From the sequence record PQ400056.1: a DNA stretch of 64,000 bases. One strand, given 5' to 3'. The notes under the pieces were generated by a model, which ran no database searches, was not told the DNA's origin, and was given only the letters and a program-made list of their open reading frames with translations. Origin of the DNA: a phage. Of this stretch, positions 19,063-28,305 are shown one piece after another. Positions within the stretch are counted from its first letter, which is position 1, and each line of letters begins with the position of its first letter. A program made the translations under genes and the position numbers.

Positions 19063-19194
19063 TTATTTTGCTTCGACAACCTTGCGGATTGTGCGGTCTG
19101 ATACATTATAGATTCGTGCCAGTTCGCCTTTAGTCAAACCGCGAGCGTATTGTTTACGGATGGTTTCTTTCTGGATGGCGGTCAGTTTAGTCAT
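19063..19194 (-). CDS. small HTH protein (43 aa) resembling the T4 rIIB N-terminus
   Basis: not in the ORF track (under 60 aa); MTKLTAIQKETIRKQYARGLTKGELARIYNVSDRTIRKVVEAK resembles T4 rIIB residues about 8-51 (LTKNEQAEIVKLYSSGNYTQQELADWQGVSVDTIRRVLKNAEEAK). Confidence 0.45.
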   Translation of the reverse strand: MTKLTAIQKETIRKQYARGLTKGELARIYNVSDRTIRKVVEAK

Positions 19195-19205
19195 AATATC
19201 ACCTC

Positions 19206-21320
19206 TTAAAATTTAACATTCTTAACCAGTTTCATAAAGTCTTGTGCGCGTTTGTCATTATGCAGAATACGATACCAGTTATCGACAATATCATACAGTA
19301 ACGGGCTATTCTCTTTAAACTTCGCACAAACTGCTTTAATTCGTTCGTTTGCTACCGTGAATTTTTCATCACAAATCTTTTTAGTTTCTTCGTCCATAAT
19401 CCAACGAGTACGAAGGAGTAACTTGGAAACCTCTTTATTATAATGACGACCGTACAGTCTGTCAATAAATTCTGGAACACAGCGTTCTAGTTCATCGTCA
19501 TGAAACAACATAGTGATCACACCCAGATATTCGCCATACCCCAGATGATTGGTCTTAACCTTCTTAGCCAGACCAGCCAGCTTACCGCGAACAAATTCTA
19601 GCGCACATTCCAATTGTTCGTCAACGAGATATTTTTGTGTCTCGTTTCGAGTAATAATATACTTTGTTACCCCGAAGTAGTCAAGCGCCGTGTGTAATGT
19701 ATTTTCACTATGGATCGATTTACGACTACGGCTTTCGAATGCATCACCTACGCGGAACATGTGCAAGCCTGATAACTCGCGAATCTCTGCCGCTTTCATG
19801 TGATGGCTGGTTTTATGCCAACTGTCACCAATCTTTTCCATGATATACACGTTAGGCAGCTTAGGAGTCGCTTCACGTTGTGTACGTGTACGCTCGGTCT
19901 TCTCCGGTTTAACTGCTTTAGCACGCAGATCATCGGCCTCAGAAACTTTAATCACGGTCATTTCAGAATCATCATAATACTGTTTGATGTACTCGAAAGT
20001 TTCCATATGTTTTTCGTTGCGCTGACGGAACACCAGTACCTTTTTATTGATGCCGTATTCCTGGACCATACCGTTAAGAGTCAGTGCGCGTAGTTTCGGT
20101 TTATCGGTATCATCAATAAGACACATAATATCTTCTTTATGCATCCATACAAAATGCGTAATGTTGTATTGACTGCTAACGAAAGCAGGGCGCAATTTAC
20201 TGATTGTGTGACGAGTACGATACAGAGTATACACCTGACCTTCTACGTCATTAGGCGAATCTTTACCCGCATTCACAAACTTATTATAGATTGCTACCGG
20301 ATCATCCCACTGCCCGATCTTACCCATCTTGCTAATAATATTGCGTTGAGTCGATGAATACTCGCTCATAAATTGCGCAAGTTTACGCTCTGTTTTAATG
20401 TTGGCGATCTTCTCTTTGACCTTTTCCAACATCATTTCATTGATTTCTGCAATGCGTTTTTCGATGTTCGCTTTAGTCTCAATTGACAAGTGAACTTCTT
20501 CACGCGATGGCATCAGGTCCAGATCACCCAACTCAAAATTAATGTAAATGGTCTGGTGCTGGCGGTTTACAGCTTCTAACCATGTTCCGCGAACATATTC
20601 ATACGGGATCGGATACTGGATCTTACCCATGATTGCATATACTACATAGGAATCGTTATCACGCCCATTACAAACATAATAATTATCAAAGCTAGGGAAA
20701 TAATTAATTTCGATTGCATTGATATTAGGTTTGTGTTCCCCAAAATGACGCAGTACAAATTGCGCTTCTCGATGCCATGTCTGAATATCTTTTTCTTTCA
20801 CCGGAATAGTGATTTTCAGACCATTGTCTTCATAGGTCGGTTCGTCGAAAATCTGCACCATTTTCGGCATAGAGTTTTGCACAAATGCCGTAAAGCCATA
20901 AGCGCGACCATTGTAATAGTTTACGATTGTAAAGGTGTCAGTGTAGCTATAAGCAGATTTCTCACCTAAACCAAAAGACCCGATATAGTCATTAGTCTGG
21001 TCTTTTGTTGATTCAAAGTAAACCGTAAACAGTTGTTCTAATTCTTTCTTAGACGGAATACCAGTACCATAATCACGCACAGAGAAATACGGTTCGATTG
21101 CAGTCGGTAAATGAATATCAAACGGACGATCTAAGGTTCCGGCTTCTTTGTGAGTGTCGGTAGCATTGCACGAATACTCACGGACGCAAGCACGCTCACA
21201 ATATTGATAAGTGTTCTTAGAAAGCACCATAAAAGCCTTGCTACTTGCTTTCAGTGAAAAATCAACCGCACCGCTCAGGTCACTGCCAAATACTTCTTCA
21301 TTATCAATATGCATTTTCAT
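19206..21320 (-). CDS. rIIA: rIIA protein (GHKL-type ATPase domain)
   Basis: 704 aa; FGLGEKSAYSYTDTFTI and SREEVHLS motifs match remembered T4 rIIA (FGLGSKSPFSYTDTFSI, SREALSL); ATG 21320. Confidence 0.9.
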   Translation of the reverse strand: MKMHIDNEEVFGSDLSGAVDFSLKASSKAFMVLSKNTYQYCERACVREYSCNATDTHKEAGTLDRPFDIHLPTAIEPYFSVRDYGTGIPSKKELEQLFTVYFESTKDQTNDYIGSFGLGEKSAYSYTDTFTIVNYYNGRAYGFTAFVQNSMPKMVQIFDEPTYEDNGLKITIPVKEKDIQTWHREAQFVLRHFGEHKPNINAIEINYFPSFDNYYVCNGRDNDSYVVYAIMGKIQYPIPYEYVRGTWLEAVNRQHQTIYINFELGDLDLMPSREEVHLSIETKANIEKRIAEINEMMLEKVKEKIANIKTERKLAQFMSEYSSTQRNIISKMGKIGQWDDPVAIYNKFVNAGKDSPNDVEGQVYTLYRTRHTISKLRPAFVSSQYNITHFVWMHKEDIMCLIDDTDKPKLRALTLNGMVQEYGINKKVLVFRQRNEKHMETFEYIKQYYDDSEMTVIKVSEADDLRAKAVKPEKTERTRTQREATPKLPNVYIMEKIGDSWHKTSHHMKAAEIRELSGLHMFRVGDAFESRSRKSIHSENTLHTALDYFGVTKYIITRNETQKYLVDEQLECALEFVRGKLAGLAKKVKTNHLGYGEYLGVITMLFHDDELERCVPEFIDRLYGRHYNKEVSKLLLRTRWIMDEETKKICDEKFTVANERIKAVCAKFKENSPLLYDIVDNWYRILHNDKRAQDFMKLVKNVKF

Positions 21321-21334
21321 AATATAATCCTCAC

Positions 21335-21592
21335 TTAATTAAAATCTTCTTTGTCCATCTCTGCGTAGATTACATCCCACGCCCATAAATCAATAAACGC
21401 ATTATATGTCACGGTGCAATCGTTGTCAATCACTTCTTTCGCATATTTCTTGATGTTTTCGTAGGAAACTTGCGGGTCAATTTTGTGTTTACGAAGGTGC
21501 GCATATTCATATCTCAGACATTTCATAAACAGGTCCATCGATTTCTTTTCTCGATGACACTTGGCGATCATAAAATCAAAACTTCGACTCAT
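21335..21592 (-). CDS. hypothetical protein (85 aa)
   Basis: minus-strand ORF upstream of rIIA. Confidence 0.45.
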   Translation of the reverse strand: MSRSFDFMIAKCHREKKSMDLFMKCLRYEYAHLRKHKIDPQVSYENIKKYAKEVIDNDCTVTYNAFIDLWAWDVIYAEMDKEDFN

Positions 21593-21603
21593 TTTTCTAC
21601 TCC

Positions 21604-21798
21604 TTATACATTTTCAATTACCCATTGCAGATGGGCTTCTGCGTCAACCAGTTCAGCGCGGCTTTTCTCTAAGCACTTGCTGTATTCTTTACGTTCCCAC
21701 TCGGCAATTTCGTTTTTCAGGACTTCTTCATAGTAAGCAATTACGCCTTTCAGGTCTGAAACTTTACGGCTTGCCAATTCGATGTAATGGTTACGCAT
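21604..21798 (-). CDS. hypothetical protein (64 aa)
   Basis: minus-strand ORF. Confidence 0.4.
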   Translation of the reverse strand: MRNHYIELASRKVSDLKGVIAYYEEVLKNEIAEWERKEYSKCLEKSRAELVDAEAHLQWVIENV

Positions 21799-21985
21799 TT
21801 TGATTCTCCTTTGTTACTAGATAACGAATTTGGTCTTGCATTGCGATCAGTTCCCAGCGTGCTACTTTCATCATGGAAACTGACTCTTTGAACATAATAT
21901 TAGCTTTTTCCTTCTCCCCTGTCAAGTAGATTTCTGCAATTTTTTCACAAAATTTTTGAGTTTCTTCATTCTTAAACGGTTTCAT
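21791..21985 (-). CDS. hypothetical protein (64 aa)
   Basis: track start 21994 is TTG; first ATG is 21985; preceded by GTTGAC, 18 nt, CATAAT promoter at 22016-22045. Confidence 0.4.
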   Translation of the reverse strand: MKPFKNEETQKFCEKIAEIYLTGEKEKANIMFKESVSMMKVARWELIAMQDQIRYLVTKENQNA

Positions 21986-22051
21986 ATAAGTCAACCTTTT
22001 GTTTTCGATGGGGACATTATGATATATCCCCGATCCAGTGTCAACAGATTT

Positions 22052-22351
22052 TTAATCTTTTTTCAATGCATCCATTACTCGCTCTGCGATCAGTTCTCGT
22101 AAGCACTGATAACCATGATATTTGATGGCAATGTCACGCAGATCATTAACCAGTTCCCGTACTTCATGGTCTTTCAGATCGTCTCTGTATTTCGATTTAA
22201 CCGTGTCTTTAGGTGGATTGTGGATAACCTGAAAACCTTGTTCTGCAATCACTGCGGCTTCTCGCTGGCGTTCATGTTGTACTGTATTTTTTATCAGGTC
22301 TACTTCCATGAACTTTGTCATACTCATCATCATGTTATTCTTTTTGCTCAT
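22052..22351 (-). CDS. hypothetical protein (99 aa)
   Basis: track ORF extends to 22432 and overlaps the gp39 stop; ATG with GAGGA SD at 22351. Confidence 0.45.
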   Translation of the reverse strand: MSKKNNMMMSMTKFMEVDLIKNTVQHERQREAAVIAEQGFQVIHNPPKDTVKSKYRDDLKDHEVRELVNDLRDIAIKYHGYQCLRELIAERVMDALKKD

Positions 22352-22385
22352 TATTAAATCCTCATAAACGAAAAGGGAGACTCCC

Positions 22386-22413
22386 ATTATAGAGAATCTC
22401 CCTTGTATGTCAA
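22386..22413 (-). promoter_or_regulatory. consensus sigma70-type early promoter TTGACA, 16 nt, TATAAT
   Basis: minus-strand TTGACA (22413-22408) and TATAAT (22391-22386) immediately after the gp39 stop; short inverted repeat GGGAG / CTCCC around the -10. Confidence 0.6.
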
Positions 22414-22416
22414 GTG

Positions 22417-24240
22417 TTATGATTGCATCCAAATTTTGCGGCGGTCTGAATCTTCGCTATAGAGCAAATCGAATAGCTCTTTATAGTTTTCCGGTAACGT
22501 GATGATTTCCATTACAGGATCGTTGATCACGCGATGATAATCTGATTCTGTAAGAGATGCTAACCCTTTGATATATCGAATGCTATAACCTTTGATATTA
22601 TCTCGGTCGTTCTCGAAATCTTCTAGGTCATAATACCATCGAACATCATCACCTTTCTTTGGTTCCGCAATGATAATAGGTGTTTTGATAAACCGGATTC
22701 GTCCATCTTCGAACAATTCAGGCCAACGTGCAAAGAAAGAGATCAGACTAGGTTTAATAGACCCGATCCCGTCAGTATCAGCGTCTGTCATAATCGCAAT
22801 ATTTTTGTATTGCATAACTTCCAATGCATCAACACCAAATTGCAAACCAGTGATCGCCATGATGTTAAAAATTTCGGCGTTCTTAACGATCTTTGCCTCC
22901 GGTTGTTCCCACGTTGTAAGAGTTTTGCCTCGCAACGGGAAACCTCCATGTAAATCTGGATCACGTACAGAGACCAGATAGTTGATCGCGGAATCACCTT
23001 CCGTCAAAAACAGGGTAGTTTCTGCGTCAGTTCCAATAAGGTTAGCTTTAACGTGTTTTGCTACCTTAGCCCGTTTCGCTGCTTTGGCTGCCTTAGTCGC
23101 TGCCGCTTTATCTGCTGCCTCTTTGCGTGCCAGGACTACAGCAATAATAGGCATGATAATGTTTTCTTTCTTCGCAATGACTTTAGCCAGCTTTTTAAAA
23201 TCAAGATCAATATGACGCTTGATATCACCAGTTGGATTAGTCAATCGTTCTTTTGTCTGTGAATCAAAACGAAGGTTAGGCAATTCACGAACAATAAGAA
23301 TACAGGTCAATCCAGACTTAACCGCAGCTTTAGTAACATCAACCTTATGTTCTTTCTTGATTCGTTTTACAATCTCTTCACAAAGATCATCTGTCACGTA
23401 GTCTACGTGTGTTCCCCCGTTTTTGGTAAACAGACCATTAGCAAAGGATACTGATTTAAAACCTTCTCCCTCGACCGCAGGAACTAGGGCAAGTGAAAAG
23501 TTTTTATCTTCAATGACAAACGGATCATCATTGTATAGTTTAGCATAATCCTTGAACTTACTAACAATACGTTTACCATTAAACTTAAACGTGATCTTAG
23601 GAAAGATTACGCTCAATGATTGCAGACGATCATGAACAATATCTAAAACAGAGTTGTCCATCATATAACCTTCGAAGTGGTCGAAGTCTGGACAAAATGT
23701 AACCTTTGTTCCCTTCAATTTTGATGGTTTCGATGACCATGTGATATTTTCAGCACCGTTTGTACATTGAACGGTCATTTCTGTTTCTCCGTCACAGGTC
23801 ACACCAGTAAACCAATCGCTAAAGAAATTTGACAACGACGACCCCACACCGTTCATCCCTTGCGTTAATCGATTGGTATCATCAAAGTTAGACCCTGCTT
23901 TTGTTCGTGTCCATGCGGCTACAGGTTGCGGAATCTGCGTGCCCTCTGGGGTAGTAACCATATGTTGAGGAATACCGCGACCGTTGTCTGTTACCGTAAC
24001 AATATTGTTTTGGATATCGACGCTAATCACATTGGCAAATTCAAAATTAGTGCGAATCGCCTCGTCTACAGAGTTGTCGATGATCTCATCAATGATTTTA
24101 ACCAGTCCTGGAACATATGAAATTTTTGTCCATTTACCGAACAGGAAACGTTGGTGTTCTTCGTAAGTTGTTGATCCTATATACATTCCTGCACGCTTAA
24201 GGACATGTTCACGATCAGATAAAATGCGAAACTCACTCAT
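22417..24240 (-). CDS. 39: DNA topoisomerase II large subunit, fused gp39 + gp60 equivalent
   Basis: 607 aa; GyrB-like ATPase N-terminus (GLVKIIDEIIDNSVDE, GRGIPQ) and TOPRIM C-terminus (NIAIMTDADTDG) in one continuous ORF; T4 splits this into genes 39 and 60. Confidence 0.92.
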   Translation of the reverse strand: MSEFRILSDREHVLKRAGMYIGSTTYEEHQRFLFGKWTKISYVPGLVKIIDEIIDNSVDEAIRTNFEFANVISVDIQNNIVTVTDNGRGIPQHMVTTPEGTQIPQPVAAWTRTKAGSNFDDTNRLTQGMNGVGSSLSNFFSDWFTGVTCDGETEMTVQCTNGAENITWSSKPSKLKGTKVTFCPDFDHFEGYMMDNSVLDIVHDRLQSLSVIFPKITFKFNGKRIVSKFKDYAKLYNDDPFVIEDKNFSLALVPAVEGEGFKSVSFANGLFTKNGGTHVDYVTDDLCEEIVKRIKKEHKVDVTKAAVKSGLTCILIVRELPNLRFDSQTKERLTNPTGDIKRHIDLDFKKLAKVIAKKENIIMPIIAVVLARKEAADKAAATKAAKAAKRAKVAKHVKANLIGTDAETTLFLTEGDSAINYLVSVRDPDLHGGFPLRGKTLTTWEQPEAKIVKNAEIFNIMAITGLQFGVDALEVMQYKNIAIMTDADTDGIGSIKPSLISFFARWPELFEDGRIRFIKTPIIIAEPKKGDDVRWYYDLEDFENDRDNIKGYSIRYIKGLASLTESDYHRVINDPVMEIITLPENYKELFDLLYSEDSDRRKIWMQS

Positions 24241-24339
24241 TATTAAACCTCTTCATAACATAACCATAACTTACTGCAACCGCCACAAAGACGGCTGCAA
24301 CAATCATATTAAAAATTGAGTGATTGTCAAGTATATGAC

Positions 24340-24513
24340 TCATGACACGCGCACATTTTTATCGTAATACCCGCCATTAATCCCGCGCGGGGCAGTTAAT
24401 CCCTGTTTACATTCTTTCCCACATTCAGGGCATTCTGCCTTTTCACGCTCGGAAATTTTGCGGATTTTCTGAAATTGACCGTGTTCTTCACAAGAATAAT
24501 CGTATAATGGCAT
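24340..24513 (-). CDS. zinc-ribbon protein (FmdB-like, 57 aa)
   Basis: MPLYDYSCEEHGQFQ ... CPECGKEC: two CxxC pairs; track ORF 24340-24594 has an upstream extension overlapping dexA, first ATG with SD is 24513. Confidence 0.55.
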   Translation of the reverse strand: MPLYDYSCEEHGQFQKIRKISEREKAECPECGKECKQGLTAPRGINGGYYDKNVRVS

Positions 24514-24514
24514 A

Positions 24515-25183
24515 TTATCCCCTTTGTTTCTTAACTGAATTTGGATCTGGATTTTCTGGTAGGTCTTCCAGACCCATAGCATAACGTTGTGCATAGATTA
24601 GCATAAGAATATCGCGAGCGCAATCATGAATTGCATCATGTGCGATAAAACCATCTAGCGTACCCATTGGTAACGGACACTCACACATCCCGCGATGCAT
24701 CAATGTACGCTCAATGGCGGTGCGAACATCTCGGATATTCCAGAATCGCACAGGTTCAAGATTGAACGTCTCTCGTGTATTGTGTGCACGGCGGATCATA
24801 TCAACTAGTAACGGAATATCAAACGCATTACCGCGTGACCACAATACGGATTTAACCGGATCTACCCCTACGGCTTCACAGAATGCGTTAAAACGCGCTA
24901 AACCTTCTTTAGTTGATACTTCCGTACCATTTGTGATTAATTGCTTTCTCATGCCTTCTGAGGCGGTATTCTTCCACCATTCAACCACACCATGATCAAA
25001 CACCCTTACACCTTTCTGGGAAGGAATATCAAATTTTACCAGAAAGGAATTGTCAACCAGTTCTTTAAATGTAGGTGGGTTGTGCGGATCTTCTTTAAAT
25101 CCGATTGCCGCCATATTGATAACCGCCCCATCAGGCGGATAACCTAAACTTTCAAAGTCAATCATTAAATCCACTGGAAGCAT
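24515..25183 (-). CDS. dexA: exonuclease DexA (DnaQ-like DEDDh 3'-5' exonuclease)
   Basis: LMIDFESLG (DxE motif) and HDAIHDCARD (H/D motif); adjacent to dda as in T4; ATG 25183 with GGAGGA SD. Confidence 0.8.
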   Translation of the reverse strand: MLPVDLMIDFESLGYPPDGAVINMAAIGFKEDPHNPPTFKELVDNSFLVKFDIPSQKGVRVFDHGVVEWWKNTASEGMRKQLITNGTEVSTKEGLARFNAFCEAVGVDPVKSVLWSRGNAFDIPLLVDMIRRAHNTRETFNLEPVRFWNIRDVRTAIERTLMHRGMCECPLPMGTLDGFIAHDAIHDCARDILMLIYAQRYAMGLEDLPENPDPNSVKKQRG

Positions 25184-25184
25184 T

Positions 25185-25604
25185 TTAAATATCCTCCGCG
25201 ATATGCCGGAACAACTCCAGATCGTTTTTATCCAGAATGAAACCGCTACAATCAATAATCCCGTTACCGTAATTATCGGTTAACAGTCGTTCCGTTGCCA
25301 TGTATGCGCGTACTTTGTTGTTAAAATTCATTACATGTTGTGCATAGTCACAATGAATCTTTTGACGGTTCCACGCGACAATTGATTGTAGATGTATTAC
25401 ATTAGCCACATTATTAATAACAACCATATCAAAACCCTCGCTTAGTGGAATGTTCTGACATTTTATTGATACATACAGCTTGGTAGTCACGAGATTTTTT
25501 GACGAATTAAGAGCTACGGCCAAAAAATCCTGTAACTGTTCGTTTGTCATTGTTGGCTTACACCGCGTATCTAAACTCTTCTTTCTTCTAGCTTCATTAG
25601 CCAT
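25185..25604 (-). CDS. hypothetical protein (139 aa)
   Basis: minus-strand ORF; contains copy B of a 57-bp direct repeat (25425-25481). Confidence 0.4.
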   Translation of the reverse strand: MANEARRKKSLDTRCKPTMTNEQLQDFLAVALNSSKNLVTTKLYVSIKCQNIPLSEGFDMVVINNVANVIHLQSIVAWNRQKIHCDYAQHVMNFNNKVRAYMATERLLTDNYGNGIIDCSGFILDKNDLELFRHIAEDI

Positions 25605-25605
25605 A

Positions 25606-25773
25606 TCAAAACCCTCGCTTAGTGAAATATTCGATCATTTTATTGATACATTCAGCTTCACTGTCGCCGGATACGTTCCATCCATAATGACCCCAACTAA
25701 AACACATGGTAACAGTTCCATTGTGACGGCGTACCGTCACTTCGTCAAATTCGGGGATACTTCGCATAATCAT
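25606..25773 (-). CDS. small hypothetical protein (55 aa)
   Basis: not in the ORF track; ATG 25773 with GAGGA SD; stop overlaps the next start (TGATATG); ends in copy A of the 57-bp repeat. Confidence 0.35.
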   Translation of the reverse strand: MIMRSIPEFDEVTVRRHNGTVTMCFSWGHYGWNVSGDSEAECINKMIEYFTKRGF

Positions 25774-25783
25774 AATAATTTCC

Positions 25784-27175
25784 TCAAATATAGTCTACTC
25801 GATACCTCGCACGGGTAACACCAACATATAATAACTGCATTGCCAATTCAAAGTCAACATTGTCTGTACACATGCAAGGAGTATACAGGAACACGCGGTC
25901 TACGCTGATCCCTTGTGACTTATGAATGGTGCAAGCTGGTAATGCTTTTACATTCAAGAACATACGCTTCATCGTCCAGAATGAATCCCAATCTGGTTTA
26001 AATTTTGGATTCTCTTTCTTCATTTCGCGATATTGTCCGGCAACCGTATTCAGATAGATAGAGAAAATGTTCTTCTGACGTTGTTCTGTCAGAATGTTGA
26101 TTTCTACCAAATCCGGTTTATCTGTAGTGATTCCGACTGTATCTAAACCGACTTTCTGATTTAGGATTTCTTTGTCTTCGTCATCATCGACGCTTTCCAC
26201 TTTCAGAGTATAGCCTAAAACTGGTTGCGGATCTACCCCCGTGCAACGTAATGTAAATTCGCGCGGTATAACCTCTTTAACTCGGATCATCTCACCATTG
26301 TTAAAAATAACATTGGGGATCTTCTTCCCGCGTTCATCTCGCAGATATTCGATCAATGGTTCCTGAGTAACCAGAATTTCATCTACAATCACTGGTTCAT
26401 CGGTGTTATAAACGCGCTTACGCACAATTTCATTGAGTTTTTCGACGCTCTTGTTAGTGTAGGCCAGAATACGGTTTTCTAGAAGGTCTTCCGGCGTTTT
26501 AACGGTTTCGAAATAATGCTTCATAAACTCCGGCAGAGTTGAGCTATGGAATACACCCTCGTTGCCGCACTGCTTTTCGAATACCCATTTACCATTACGG
26601 ACAGCGGTCGCCACATCAATTATTGGCGCATTAGATCGTTTAATCTCTGTAAGTTCTACATTCTGAAACCTTTCATCGGTGAAGAAAGGAGAGATCGACG
26701 TTGCACCGCTCGGATCAACTGGTCGTAACTGGTACAGATCACCCACGGCAATAATAACAATTCGACCGTTGATACTCTTCATGAGAATATCAAATAGTTT
26801 CTTATCGACCATACTCGCTTCATCAACAATGATGATCTGAACATCATCTAGCTTAGGAGTATCTTTTTGCTCAAATACTTGAGTATCTTCATAGTTGGTC
26901 GGGTTTAGTCGCAGTAGTGCATGTAAAGTAAATGCTTGACGACCTACCGCTTTACTCAAAACTTTTTTAGCCTGGTGGGTAGGCGTTGCCAAAACCACAC
27001 CAGTTACACCACGGCGGACCATTTCCTGAACAATGAATTTCATCATTGCGGTTTTACCAGTACCCGCCGCACCACGGACAGTTGTATGCTTCTTTTGTTC
27101 AATACGTTTCATTAGAACATCAAAAGCATGTTTTTGCCCGTCTGTTAACATATCGAAAGTTAATACTCTGCTCAT
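25784..27175 (-). CDS. dda: DNA helicase Dda (SF1)
   Basis: 463 aa; Walker A VRGAAGTGKT, then IIVDEASM, KRSNAPIIDVATAVRNGKW, YTPCMCTDNVDFELAMQLLYVGVTRARYRVDYI match remembered T4 Dda. Confidence 0.92.
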   Translation of the reverse strand: MSRVLTFDMLTDGQKHAFDVLMKRIEQKKHTTVRGAAGTGKTAMMKFIVQEMVRRGVTGVVLATPTHQAKKVLSKAVGRQAFTLHALLRLNPTNYEDTQVFEQKDTPKLDDVQIIIVDEASMVDKKLFDILMKSINGRIVIIAVGDLYQLRPVDPSGATSISPFFTDERFQNVELTEIKRSNAPIIDVATAVRNGKWVFEKQCGNEGVFHSSTLPEFMKHYFETVKTPEDLLENRILAYTNKSVEKLNEIVRKRVYNTDEPVIVDEILVTQEPLIEYLRDERGKKIPNVIFNNGEMIRVKEVIPREFTLRCTGVDPQPVLGYTLKVESVDDDEDKEILNQKVGLDTVGITTDKPDLVEINILTEQRQKNIFSIYLNTVAGQYREMKKENPKFKPDWDSFWTMKRMFLNVKALPACTIHKSQGISVDRVFLYTPCMCTDNVDFELAMQLLYVGVTRARYRVDYI

Positions 27176-27489
27176 TATCCTAAAATCCTCACCTTGCGAA
27201 CACAGATAGTATTGAGTTCTCGCCGTACCCGTTCTTTTTCATATTCAGGAATTTTATATTCGATACCATCCCGAACAATTTCAGAAGACCGGATTATGCC
27301 AAATTTTCGTTTAGGTACAACCTTGTATTTCGGTTCACCAGCCAATAGACTCTCACAATAATCTATCTGATCACACATTGACGCTAACGCAGCATCATGT
27401 GTTTCGCAAGTTAGGACGCGACCTTTCGCGTCCACTGAGTATTGAAAGAATCCGTCTTTATCACGATAACATACAGCAAATACATGCAT
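27175..27489 (-). CDS. hypothetical protein (104 aa), dda.1 position
   Basis: ORF with ATG/stop overlap to dda. Confidence 0.5.
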   Translation of the reverse strand: MHVFAVCYRDKDGFFQYSVDAKGRVLTCETHDAALASMCDQIDYCESLLAGEPKYKVVPKRKFGIIRSSEIVRDGIEYKIPEYEKERVRRELNTICVRKVRILG

Positions 27490-28244
27490 TATAAACCTAC
27501 CTTCGCTTTCATCAATTCAATCCACGACGCATCAATCGGAAGCCCGTATTTCACGCGTTCTTTTTGTGCTGGCGTTAAGTTCTCATACTTAGAAAGAGAT
27601 TCAATCAAAACGCTGGTATATTTTAGCACGATTTCGGTATTGTTTGCAATAGCCTTAAGTTTTTCTTCTTTCTTGTTGATTTCGCTAAGGGCTTGCTTGA
27701 GATCTGCAATTTTCTGATAACGTTCTTCCATACGGAAGAGAGTATTTTTAATCGCTCGCTCGGCTGCCTCTGCTTTCTCCGGTTCGTTGTGCTTTTTATG
27801 GCGCTCGATTGCTAATTTCTTTTCTTCGATTGCCATTTCCTGATTTTTGATGCGATTCTCGTTAAGTTCGATCCACTCGATGTACTTCGCACGTAGGGCA
27901 ATTTCATCATCAGAAAGTTTACCGTTAGTTCCTAGTTCCTGGATCTCTTTAAGAGATTCGATAGTGTGATTGCCACGGAAAGAATTGTATTTCAGTTTAA
28001 CCGGAATTACATTGCCATCAACATATCCCAGATTGCAATCAATGCGCTCTAAGGAGAGTCCGTCATCACCTTCACCGAAAGCCTCACCTGAATAGGCACA
28101 ATGAGTCTGACGGTAAATGTTACGAACAGTGACTAAGCTCATAGAGAAGTCTTTGTTGCGACGTGAAGCACCAGCCATGATAGAGTTCAGCCGGAAAACA
28201 ACCAGCGCCAATTCTTCGTTAGATTTAAAAGCAAACAGTTTCAT
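27489..28244 (-). CDS. hypothetical protein (251 aa), in the position and size of T4 Srd
   Basis: position after dda and size resemble T4 srd; CAYSGEAF...LSLERID..NLGY..GNV stretch of unclear affinity; coiled-coil C-terminus; assignment is tentative. Confidence 0.4.
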   Translation of the reverse strand: MKLFAFKSNEELALVVFRLNSIMAGASRRNKDFSMSLVTVRNIYRQTHCAYSGEAFGEGDDGLSLERIDCNLGYVDGNVIPVKLKYNSFRGNHTIESLKEIQELGTNGKLSDDEIALRAKYIEWIELNENRIKNQEMAIEEKKLAIERHKKHNEPEKAEAAERAIKNTLFRMEERYQKIADLKQALSEINKKEEKLKAIANNTEIVLKYTSVLIESLSKYENLTPAQKERVKYGLPIDASWIELMKAKVGL

Positions 28245-28305
28245 AATTGATTCTCCTTAGTTGGTATGTGTGTATTATTGTCTATCTGGTTTGTGCTGTC
28301 AACAC

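Noticed and set aside
22417-24240. Gene 60-type translational bypass (50-nt hop) in the topoisomerase gene
   Set aside because: The ORF is continuous through the region corresponding to the T4 gene 39/60 boundary and the TOPRIM motif is in frame.
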